From: Bdellovibrionales bacterium | GTDB taxonomy: Bacteria > Bdellovibrionota > Bdellovibrionia > Bdellovibrionales > JAUICD01 | Reading direction: 5' to 3' | NCBI GenBank assembly: GCA_965203275.1 | Contig: OZ241865.1 | Span: 384,001-448,000, forward strand | DNA length: 64,000 nucleotides | Shown: positions 52,801-61,008 of the stretch, piece after piece | Layout of the letters: every line of letters begins with the position of its first letter | How positions within the stretch are numbered: position 1 is the first letter of the stretch | The notes under the pieces: generated by a model | The model's database searches: none | The model's input: only the letters and a program-made list of their open reading frames with translations | Told to the model about the DNA's origin: nothing | Program-made: the position numbers and the translations under genes

Positions 52801-53813
52801 TACTTTTAGATGACTTTGATGATGATAATGCTGATGATAATAAAATAAAATGCTGGGGAAATAATCAACACGGGCAATTAGGGCAGGATAATACAACTAG
52901 CAGTGATAATCCTGCTGATATTGATCCGGTTGTTTTAGGGACAGACTTAAGAGCAAAAGCTATTTCAGCAGGTGCAGCTCATACCTGTGCAATTTTAGAT
53001 GATACCTCTGGTACAACAGATGATGATAAATTCAAATGTTGGGGATATAATGGTTCTAACCAAATAAATGCAGATAGGCTAGAAGCAGGAGTTAGTCCAA
53101 GTCAAAAATGTAGTTATGGTAATGGTAAGGGTTATAAATCTGGTGATAATAATAATGATGATAGTGATGCAGACACACATGTTGAGTGTGATAATTCAAA
53201 TGGTGTTGGGGCTACAGTTGCTTCTATACTACCAATGGATGGTGGGAAGAAAGCTAAAGCTATACTTGCTGGAGCTTATGATACTTGTATTATCATTAAA
53301 GGTGGTGATGATGATGGTAAATTAAGATGTCAGGGTAGACATTTATTTTATTTGGGAAGATCTCTGGCTGATACAGGAACTGGTGAAGTAAATGAAGGCA
53401 TAACGGTCAGTTCCACAGGTACTGCTCCTAATATTTATTTAAATACTATAACATTTGCAGGAGACAGAAAGCCTACTGCCTTCACACTAGGTGAAGCTGT
53501 AGGTTGCGGGTTATTAGATAATGGCACTGTCAACTGCTTTGGTGCGAAAGAAACAACGGGAGGAGGTTTTCATCCAGATAGGAATCTTTTAGATGATTTA
53601 TCAGGGGATCGCTTAGGTAGCGGTAAAAAAGTAAAATATTTAGCCACAGCTAATACAGCACACTGTGCTTATGTAGAAGATTCTAATGCAAATGCAGAAA
53701 TTAAATGTTGGGGAAGACAGGGTTCCACCTTCCAATCTCCAACAGCCGAGAATAACAGGATTGCTCCACAGATTTGCCCTCTTGAGGCTCCCACTCCTTC
53801 TCCCACTCCATAA
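49869..53813 (+). CDS. 1314-aa lipoprotein with three Cys-containing Ig-like tandem modules and C-terminal RCC1-like repeats
   Basis: FISC lipobox; 3 x W.W.C...C.YRH...HVQAK plus D.AGNRS.C; GG.HTC.LLD..KCWG.N.HGQLG repeats. Confidence 0.85.
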   Translation: MNIIKLKSLYYLNLIVLSCIFISCGSDKNNNNNNFNNNLEVNVTSLVNMTKAVRNKEWSWGCEEYNKTDKKRKSVDCTYRHEINKKNSHKFASSVKYNDTKKATQKGASGDDGTKYYIHVQAKSKSNIVSKVKSVYALLDTTPPKAPQSSNVKAPINNSSGKTFKVTVNNLKKGDTVTIYVEGGSSSSNFLGLRFLASLFSRRNTEGGNCRDGNAVGKATVSSGTSVTVDVTAKEGTNSYYAQIVDEAGNRSPCSEVFDHTNTGGILEVTKIATDKNPRRFKSWEWSCSTESTLPCEYRHVLNQKISHTFDSKATYSANNRANTSGKADGRWFLHVQAKNSKRESNIKSVFVRIDKTKPETPNTDSVKVTLLNRQTHSLRVTFRDLMQGDRVFLYNVSNCQSSSLGTTTVGDNNEGVVTLTATGSRQNYYARVIDEAGNRSGCGQVFTYPENVLPLLPTVTGLESDQTLRRVKSWQWGCTTESTHPCEYRHIINQKTTHTFASSVAYTITDRANTRGQETDGTYYLHVQAKNVAGPSEVKSVSAKIKKTPPTLDKDENLEEPVPVVNNRATRSLSVNFEELMEGDRVRIYTDSQCSSSIGSEGTVDSDGTVTIDITAKANRTTYYGKVTDRAGNRSGCTQLFTYPPEILAPRLELDDTPLANPSNNYLHDRPTFKVSNVEAGDTVLLYKLEGETECTGTECCNKNTSGIDLVASAVYPSTGGADFTIQVGDQINSNPLDESELEYPDNFVIEPEEFTFYVERKYTDEDGEEVSKCSKENNEGESTEQQNKKSVAYNLWPWQPIHVGGGTGGDPLGCLLSKEGEVSCWWYGTIFNGLEKHKNQCLPSGGRIDNNDNSDSYPNTADKLMAIFNPNQLEKKIDLGCRSGSGSDCPKYKAIALSAGGQSFWAAFGTGVPSGLGHICVLLDDQKVKCWGRNNHGQLGQDDELDKNDPAELNPINLGTNLRAKAISAGGLHTCVLLDDFDDDNADDNKIKCWGNNQHGQLGQDNTTSSDNPADIDPVVLGTDLRAKAISAGAAHTCAILDDTSGTTDDDKFKCWGYNGSNQINADRLEAGVSPSQKCSYGNGKGYKSGDNNNDDSDADTHVECDNSNGVGATVASILPMDGGKKAKAILAGAYDTCIIIKGGDDDGKLRCQGRHLFYLGRSLADTGTGEVNEGITVSSTGTAPNIYLNTITFAGDRKPTAFTLGEAVGCGLLDNGTVNCFGAKETTGGGFHPDRNLLDDLSGDRLGSGKKVKYLATANTAHCAYVEDSNANAEIKCWGRQGSTFQSPTAENNRIAPQICPLEAPTPSPTP

Positions 53814-53920
53814 AAAATAAAAAATAAACCTTTACTTTTGTTCTTAAATTTTCATTAATATTTCAAATAAACTGTTACGTTTTTAGTTTATCTACAACAG
53901 TAGAATTTTATTATATAAAG

Positions 53921-54292
53921 TTATCTTCCTTTACTTTGTAGTTCAAACAATTTATCTAGCCTATCATTAATTTTATCCAGCCGATGATTGACCTGCTCTG
54001 CTAATTTATCAACCTTTTGATCCAGTGCTTTGAGATCACTTTTTACTTCTTTGATCTGCTCAGTAAACTTTTGATCCAGTGCTTTGAGATCACTTTTTAC
54101 TTCTTTGATTTGCTCAGTAAACTTTTGATCCAGTTCTTTATACTGACTTGGAATATGATTAGTGACTTGGTTTTCTATATGCTTTAGCCTTGTATAAATA
54201 GGCACTAGCAAAAGACGCAATATAATTATCAAACTGGCAAAACCACCTAACAAACTAGCAACTAAGACAAGGTATTCTGTAAAATTTCCCAT
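53921..54292 (-). CDS. TM-anchored coiled-coil repeat protein, tandem paralogue 3
   Basis: Near-identical to its neighbours, with a different C-terminus. Confidence 0.85.
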   Translation of the reverse strand: MGNFTEYLVLVASLLGGFASLIIILRLLLVPIYTRLKHIENQVTNHIPSQYKELDQKFTEQIKEVKSDLKALDQKFTEQIKEVKSDLKALDQKVDKLAEQVNHRLDKINDRLDKLFELQSKGR

Positions 54293-54310
54293 GATGCCTC
54301 CTTTATTTTT

Positions 54311-54670
54311 TTAGTTTCGTTCTTGAATTTTCATTAATACTTCAAATATTGTATCAAGCCGATGATTAAGCTGTTCTGCTAATTTATCCACCTTTTGATC
54401 AAGTGCCTTGAGATCACTTTTTACTTCCTTGATTTGCTCAGTAAACTTTTGATCCAGTGCCTTGAGATCACTTTTTACTTCTTTAATTTGCTCAGTAAAC
54501 TTTAGGTCCAGTTCTTTATACTGACTTGGAATATGATTAGTGACCTGGTCTTCTATATGCTTTAACCTGGTATAAATAGGCACTAGCAAAAGACGCAGTA
54601 TAATAATCAAACTGGCAAAACCACCTAACAAACTCACAGCTAAAACAAGGTATTCTGTAAAATTTCCCAT
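54311..54670 (-). CDS. TM-anchored coiled-coil repeat protein, tandem paralogue 2
   Basis: AAGGAGG RBS; LDQKFTEQIKEVKSDLKA repeats. Confidence 0.85.
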   Translation of the reverse strand: MGNFTEYLVLAVSLLGGFASLIIILRLLLVPIYTRLKHIEDQVTNHIPSQYKELDLKFTEQIKEVKSDLKALDQKFTEQIKEVKSDLKALDQKVDKLAEQLNHRLDTIFEVLMKIQERN

Positions 54671-54688
54671 GATGCCTCCTTTATTTTT

Positions 54689-55081
54689 TTAGTTTCGTTC
54701 TTGAATTTTCATTAATACTTCAAATATTGTATCAAGCCGATGATTAAGCTGTTCTGCTAATTTATCCACCTTTTGATCCAATGCCTTGAGATCACTTTTT
54801 ACTTCCTTGATTTGCTCAGTAAACTTTTGATCCAGTGCTTTGAGATCACTTTTTACTTCCTTGATTTGCTCAGTAAACTTTTGATCCAGTGCTTTAATTT
54901 GCTCAGTAAACTTTAGATCTAGTTCTTTATACTGACTTGGAATATGATTAGTGACCTGGTCTTCTATATGCTTTAGCCTTGTATAAATAGGCCCTAGCAA
55001 AAGACGCAGTATAATAATCAAACTGGCAAAACCACCTAACAAACTCACAACTAAAACAAGGTATTCTGTAAAATTTCCCAT
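54689..55081 (-). CDS. TM-anchored coiled-coil repeat protein, tandem paralogue 1
   Basis: AAGGAGG RBS; one extra 11-aa repeat relative to paralogue 2. Confidence 0.85.
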   Translation of the reverse strand: MGNFTEYLVLVVSLLGGFASLIIILRLLLGPIYTRLKHIEDQVTNHIPSQYKELDLKFTEQIKALDQKFTEQIKEVKSDLKALDQKFTEQIKEVKSDLKALDQKVDKLAEQLNHRLDTIFEVLMKIQERN

Positions 55082-55200
55082 GATGCCTCCTTTATTTTTT
55101 TAGTTTCGTTCTTGAATTTTCAACATTTCAATTATTTATTTTTTAGTATTAAAATATGATGCTGATAATAGTATATCTTAATTACTCACTCCTTGCAAGT

Positions 55201-55666
55201 GTTTCACTAAAAGTGCTTGGCTCACTAAAAGTAAACGGATTTTTGAGGCAATCAGCCTTTGATCGACGGCGAGAGCCAAAAGGTGTAAGAAAAAACTTTT
55301 TCCTTAACATGGTGTTTATCCGGGATCTGGGATCTGGGATCCGGCATCCGGCAGACAGGCAAGAATGAAGCGAATATCTTGTTTCCCTAACATGGAGTTA
55401 AGAGACGAGAGGATCCTCCTTACTCAAAGTGAACAGGCTTTCTAGGTTGCCAGCCTTGATGAAGGAACTTTTTCCTTAACATGGTGTTAAAAAACGAAGA
55501 TATCCTCTTTACTAAAAATAAACGGATTTTTGAGGCATTGCTCTTTTTAGACAGCGTAAGCTGTCAGAGCAATGCCCAAAAACAGCCAGAGGCTGGTTTA
55601 TTTTGAGTGAAATATTAAGAAAAAAAAGTTTCATCCACAGACCGTTTGCTCTTAAGGCAATAAAAA
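55201..55666. repeat. Mosaic structured-repeat array G (partials, heptamer module, full - unit at about 55468-55612)
   Basis: Same modules as the other arrays. Confidence 0.88.
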
Positions 55667-55689
55667 TAATCCTTATCAAAGTGACAAAG

Positions 55690-56637
55690 CTAATAAAAAA
55701 TAGTCAATAAGTAGATGAAATATAAAGCAAGTAAGAAAATACCCAATATACGAACAAATGCTTTTATATAAATAGATAAAATCAACAAGCCCAATGTGAT
55801 TCCAAACAACCAGAAATAATCATATTTCATAATATCTCTTGTGACTGTCAAAGGCATACACAAAGAGGCCGCTCCTGTGATGAGGAGAGTATTCATAATA
55901 TTTGAGCCAATCACATTAGATATGGATATGTCATGTCTTTTTCTTAAAGCTGCTACAAGGGAAGCAGCTAATTCTGGTAACCCCGTCCCCACAGAGACAA
56001 TTGTCAAACCTATAAGCCTCTCTGTCATACCCATAGCCCTTCCTATATGCACAGCACCTAATAAAACCAAATGAGCTCCTGCTAATAAACCACCAATACT
56101 TAATATGAGAAACATCCAATCTTTAAAGCTTGCCGTGGAAGGCTTTCTCTTTGTTTGGCATAAAGTATCTTGTGAGCTATCCCCTCTTACATGATTGATC
56201 ACAACAGAATATAAAAATATAGCAAATAATATCAAAAACAAAAGGCCATCCCATCTTGTTAAAAACAAGTCCTGCCCTAAAATCCACAAAAGACAAGTAG
56301 CGAGTATCAAAAAAAACCATTCTTTTTTCACAGATACAAATGTGTTTTGTAAAGGTTTTAAACAACAAGCAAATCCAATCACAACCAAGAGGTTAAAAAT
56401 ATTTGAACCTATGATATTGCCAAGTGAAATATCAGGAACACCTTTAAAAGAAGCTATAAGTGAAGTGACTAATTCAGGTAACGATGTGCCAAGTGCTACA
56501 AGAGTCACTGTGATTAAAGCAGCAGGAATGCCTGTTTTTTCTGCAATAGTGATGATAGTTTTTAAAAGAAAATCAGCAGACAATAACAATAGCCCTAAAC
56601 CTAATACTAGCTGTAGGAAGGCAATCACCATATCCAT
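55690..56637 (-). CDS. Calcium/sodium antiporter (YrbG/CaCA family)
   Basis: Two alpha repeats: GTSLPEL...GNIIGSNIFN and GTGLPEL...SNVIGSNIMN. Confidence 0.93.
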   Translation of the reverse strand: MDMVIAFLQLVLGLGLLLLSADFLLKTIITIAEKTGIPAALITVTLVALGTSLPELVTSLIASFKGVPDISLGNIIGSNIFNLLVVIGFACCLKPLQNTFVSVKKEWFFLILATCLLWILGQDLFLTRWDGLLFLILFAIFLYSVVINHVRGDSSQDTLCQTKRKPSTASFKDWMFLILSIGGLLAGAHLVLLGAVHIGRAMGMTERLIGLTIVSVGTGLPELAASLVAALRKRHDISISNVIGSNIMNTLLITGAASLCMPLTVTRDIMKYDYFWLFGITLGLLILSIYIKAFVRILGIFLLALYFIYLLTIFY

Positions 56638-56831
56638 TTTGAATCCTTAAGTTTAGGTCTAAAGATGAGCATTTTTCAAAGACTTTTTGATAATATCGTG
56701 TTGATTCTTAGGTTGCAACTATAACTTAATTTTTATTTCAATGGACAATTGTCTTGATATTATAATGCTTATCATGCTTATCAATAAAAATTATTATTGA
56801 AAACAACAATTTTACAATATATAATAAAAGT

Positions 56832-57284
56832 ATGTTGAGATATAAGATTTCAGGAATTATTGTCATTTGTTTTTGTATAGGGTGTTTGCCAAAGGCCTCA
56901 GATCAGTTAGAAAGAGGTCCTGTTTCAATACAGCAACTCAAAAAGCAAAGAGGAAATCCTCAAAGTATCCAACAAACAGCCTCAGGACAAACTGTCCATC
57001 AATATCGTTCAGGAGAAAATTTTCAAGTTGATCAAGAAGGTCAAGTCACCTATACCTATCGCAATCCTACACAAGAAGAGCAATCATTGCAATATTGGCT
57101 GACCCGTTGGAGAGAGCAAACATATCATTTCACTGCCATAAAAGAAAATAAAACTCACCTTCCTGAAAGTCTTTACTATATTAATTTAGATAACAATGAA
57201 CGATTTGTTTATGATCAAGCTATGGACAAAGTGGTGCGAGTTATTTTTGAGCTTGAAACAGAAAGAGACCCTACTATTCACTAA
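56832..57284 (+). CDS. Hypothetical lipoprotein
   Basis: CIGC lipobox-like signal; the stop codon lies inside the first repeat stub. Confidence 0.65.
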   Translation: MLRYKISGIIVICFCIGCLPKASDQLERGPVSIQQLKKQRGNPQSIQQTASGQTVHQYRSGENFQVDQEGQVTYTYRNPTQEEQSLQYWLTRWREQTYHFTAIKENKTHLPESLYYINLDNNERFVYDQAMDKVVRVIFELETERDPTIH

Positions 57285-58105
57285 AAGTGGTCTATTTCAC
57301 TCAAAGTGAACTGACCTCTGGTCACTTTCTGGCGATGACCACGACGGCTTTCGCCGTCGATAAAATGGTCATCACCTAGAAAGCCTGACCACTTTTAGTA
57401 GGGAGGAACCCTTCGTTTTTTTACTCCATGTTAAGGAGTTGTTTCACTCAAAGTGAACTGGCCTCTGGCCACTTTTGGACAATGACCGCAACGGCTTTCG
57501 CCGTTGACAAAATGGTCATTGTCTCAAAAGTCCGTTTACTTTTAGTAGGAAGGATCTCCTCGTTTTTTTACTCCATGTTAAGGAAACAAGATTTCGTTTT
57601 TTTGTTTTTTTTATTTTTTTAGATTCTGCGTAACTCTCAAAAAAAAGTAATTAAGAGGAGGATGGGGGCAGAGGGATACTGGAGATCTTCCGCAGACCCG
57701 CTTGCTTCTTAAAAGCATTTTAGAAGCATATCTTGTTTCCTTAACATGGTGTAAAAGAATAAAAGGATCCTTCTCTACTCAAAATGAGCGGATTTTTTAG
57801 GTGTTGCCTATTTTGTCAAAGGCGAAAGCCTTTGCAGGCAACACCAAAAAACACACCAGCAGTGTGGCTCATTTTGAGTGAAATGTTAAGGAAAAAGTTC
57901 TTTCTGATGGCGGGTTGCCGGATCCCAGATCCCGGAAAGGTGTGGTGACCATGGCAGGATTCGAACCTGCGACACCAAGTTTAGGAAACTTGTGCTCTAT
58001 CCAACTGAGCTACATGGCCTATTTCCTTTTGTTGCCGGGTTGCCAGATCCCAGATCCCAGATCCCAGAAGAAAGACCCTATCATCCTTTAACATCATGTT
58101 AAAAA
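57278..58105. repeat. Mosaic structured-repeat array H (two + units, partial module B, one - unit, heptamer modules around a tRNA)
   Basis: Units at about 57297-57437, 57444-57587 and 57735-57883. Confidence 0.9.
57943..58019 (-). tRNA. tRNA-Arg(CCT)
   Basis: GGCCATG/CATGGTC acceptor stem, TAGCTCAGTTGGATAGAGC D arm, CAAGT-TTCCTAA-ACTTG anticodon arm, GGTTCGAATCC T arm, encoded CCA. Confidence 0.96.
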
Positions 58106-58157
58106 AAGAAACCCTTATATTGTAAACATCAAAGTCAAACCAATACATTCCAATACA

Positions 58158-60998
58158 TTAAAAGGCACCAATAGAAAAATGCAATCGACCTAAGCTCTCT
58201 TCGCTCCTCTTTCTTAACTTAAAGCCATATTCAATACTTACAGGACCCACAGGTGTTGCAATACGTATCCCTAAACCTACAGCATCTCTATATTCATCCT
58301 CTTGATGCCTTTGATCAATATTCACTCCACCTCCATCATAAAACAAAACACCCCCTAATGCTTTGAAAATAGCAAACCGTAATTCTGACTTTAAAAGATA
58401 AAAATAACTATAAGTAGGAATAGTTAAAGACATACTTTCATCCTCTAAAAGTCCTGATCTGTTAGGAATAGAATTCAACTCATAACCTCTCAGCGTCGAT
58501 TGACCCCCTAAAAAAAAAACTCTTGATTCTGGAATCAATGAACGAGATCTATTTAAATTAGTAATATAACCACCCTGCATAGAGCTAGCTAAAATAATTT
58601 TAGACAGTAAGGGCGTATAAATATTAAACCCTCCTGAAAATCTCAGATAACGAATGGACTTGGTAGAACCTAACAAAGGATCTGCAAAATCTAAATTAAA
58701 TTGAGAATAAATCCCCTTTGTTGTATTAAAAGGATCATTCCTATAATCAAACTCAATACCTGGTCCAGTAGAGCCGATACTTTGACGTTCAATTTCATCA
58801 TTGGAGCGACCATAAAACCTCTTTTCTATCTCTAACTTCCATAAAGTGTAATTTAAAGTGACCTGCCTATTCACCTCGCGTTCTAAAAGCAAATCCAGAG
58901 CTGTAGAATCTTCAATCAATATATCATCACTACGCTGGAATAATGATTCTAAATCTCTTGAATGTACTAAATTAATTCGACCTCTTGTTCTGGAGCTAAA
59001 AATAAATGGTTCATAATAACTCATACCAACTGTATAGCCTAAAAAATTAACATCATTAGCATATCTTAATTCTAAACGTGTATTGATTCCGCGGGCTGTC
59101 CCCCATAAGTTACGATAACCTAAACCAACACTTCCTCGAAAAGTTAAATCAAATTCATTGTTAGCACCTAACAAGAATCTTAAAATGCCTGGATTTCTCT
59201 CTGTAACACGCACCAAAACAGTATGTTGAGATACTTCTGGTAAAGAAATATCTACATTAGAAAATAATCCTGTTTGTTGCAGGCGATATTGACTTTCTTT
59301 GATCAAATCCCATGTTAAAATAGATCCTGGTTGAAATGCTAACTCCTTTAAAATCACATCAGAGTTTGTCTTTTCATTACCCTGAACTAAAATATTTTGG
59401 ACCTTCACCTCAGGTCCTTCATTCAAATCAAAGTGAATATCTGCTAATGTGTTATTATTATTATAAGTAATAATTTCATCAGGATTGCTTATTTTGAAAT
59501 GTAAAAACCCCTTTTGAAAATAATATTCTTTAAGTGTTTCAAATCCATTTTCTAAAAGGGAAAGATTTAAAGGCTCACCTAGATTGAGCTTTAATAGCTC
59601 GAGCAGATCTTCATCTGTAGCATGCTGATTGCCTGTAAAATGAACACTCTTAATTTTTGTTAAAAAACCTTCATTGATAACAATACGTAAACTAACAGTT
59701 TTGTTTTTAGGATGAAAGGTTTCTATTAAGGATTGCATTCTTGCTCTTAAATAACCTTGATTTTGTAATGTACTAATAAGCATGTCTATATCCTTAAGTA
59801 TCTGATCTTTTACGTAGGGTTCTGATAATCTTGTAAAATAAGACCGGTGAGATCTTAAGAGCTTTAGATAATAGGCATTTCTTTCTTTATTCAAACTCAT
59901 TATTTCTATTGCTTTAACATAAAATCTATATCCTGGTTGGATATCAAAGAAAATACGATGCTCAAAATTTTCAGACAAGATATTTTCTGAAACAGATACT
60001 TTCACCTTAGAATATCCCTGACTTTTATAAAAATCTCTCACTCTTTGAGATAAAACTGTCGTTGAAGTCAGACCATCTACTTCATTTAAAAGGAGTGCCT
60101 TCATAACATCCTGAGAAGTCGGAGGTGGCTTTTTATAAGGTAGAGATGGGATAAATTCCTCATTAGAAATATTTAAATGAATAGAAAAGTAATAAGGATC
60201 CTTGACTATGTAAACAATATCTACTGTTTTTTTGTCGTCACTAAGATGTAAGTCATATTCTAAAAAAGTAGCCCTTAAATAACCTTTTTGAAATAAAAAT
60301 TGTTGTAATTTATTTGTCACTTCTTGTAAATATTCCTTTGTATATTTTTTACCTACAAAGGACCTCACTCTTTTTAAAAGCAATTCTTTTATTTTTTGAT
60401 GAGGTGTTACAAAATCAATAGAATTTATTTGACAAGGAAGACCTTCTTCAATGTTCATTTTTACCAGAACACTTTGCTCTTGAGTATCCTCAAAATTAAG
60501 ATCTATTTTCACATCCAAATAACCTATTTCTCGATACTGCTCTTTGATTTTTTCCACATCATTGAGTAGTTCTTGATAGATGAAGACCTCGCCCTTATTC
60601 AATGAATTCATTATTTGGTTTTGAGATAACACATTATGGCCTGTGATCACAATATCGGCAATTTTTCTATTGGGTTGAGCTATAATTTTCCAATAAATCT
60701 TGTCATCTTTTTCTTCAGTGATCAACTCAACTGTTTCATAGCGTCCTAGTTTGAAAATTTCTTTGATAAGATAATTCGCTTGTGGCAAAGATAGAGAAGA
60801 TCTTAATAATCCTCTTTGCGAAAGCACTTGCCTATCTTCTGGAGTTAAACCTATGTAAGTTGCAGGCTCAGAAGTGACGTGATCAGCAAATAAAATCATA
60901 AAACAAAAAACCAAAATAGCTTTGTTATTTATAAATCCAATAGCTTTTTGATTGTATTGATGATGCAAATGTTTAAAGACTTTTCGTGTTAGATGCAT
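58158..60998 (-). CDS. Omp85-family outer membrane protein with multiple POTRA domains (BamA/TamA-like)
   Basis: POTRA repeats, FFLGGQSTLRGY, G.GIRIATPVGP and terminal HFSIGAF; adjacent to TamB. Confidence 0.9.
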   Translation of the reverse strand: MHLTRKVFKHLHHQYNQKAIGFINNKAILVFCFMILFADHVTSEPATYIGLTPEDRQVLSQRGLLRSSLSLPQANYLIKEIFKLGRYETVELITEEKDDKIYWKIIAQPNRKIADIVITGHNVLSQNQIMNSLNKGEVFIYQELLNDVEKIKEQYREIGYLDVKIDLNFEDTQEQSVLVKMNIEEGLPCQINSIDFVTPHQKIKELLLKRVRSFVGKKYTKEYLQEVTNKLQQFLFQKGYLRATFLEYDLHLSDDKKTVDIVYIVKDPYYFSIHLNISNEEFIPSLPYKKPPPTSQDVMKALLLNEVDGLTSTTVLSQRVRDFYKSQGYSKVKVSVSENILSENFEHRIFFDIQPGYRFYVKAIEIMSLNKERNAYYLKLLRSHRSYFTRLSEPYVKDQILKDIDMLISTLQNQGYLRARMQSLIETFHPKNKTVSLRIVINEGFLTKIKSVHFTGNQHATDEDLLELLKLNLGEPLNLSLLENGFETLKEYYFQKGFLHFKISNPDEIITYNNNNTLADIHFDLNEGPEVKVQNILVQGNEKTNSDVILKELAFQPGSILTWDLIKESQYRLQQTGLFSNVDISLPEVSQHTVLVRVTERNPGILRFLLGANNEFDLTFRGSVGLGYRNLWGTARGINTRLELRYANDVNFLGYTVGMSYYEPFIFSSRTRGRINLVHSRDLESLFQRSDDILIEDSTALDLLLEREVNRQVTLNYTLWKLEIEKRFYGRSNDEIERQSIGSTGPGIEFDYRNDPFNTTKGIYSQFNLDFADPLLGSTKSIRYLRFSGGFNIYTPLLSKIILASSMQGGYITNLNRSRSLIPESRVFFLGGQSTLRGYELNSIPNRSGLLEDESMSLTIPTYSYFYLLKSELRFAIFKALGGVLFYDGGGVNIDQRHQEDEYRDAVGLGIRIATPVGPVSIEYGFKLRKRSEESLGRLHFSIGAF

Positions 60999-61008
60999 GG
61001 AGAGAACC

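Noticed and set aside
57943..58019. tRNA as the att site of a prophage or island
   Set aside because: I saw no duplicated tRNA 3' end and no integrase or phage genes in the window.
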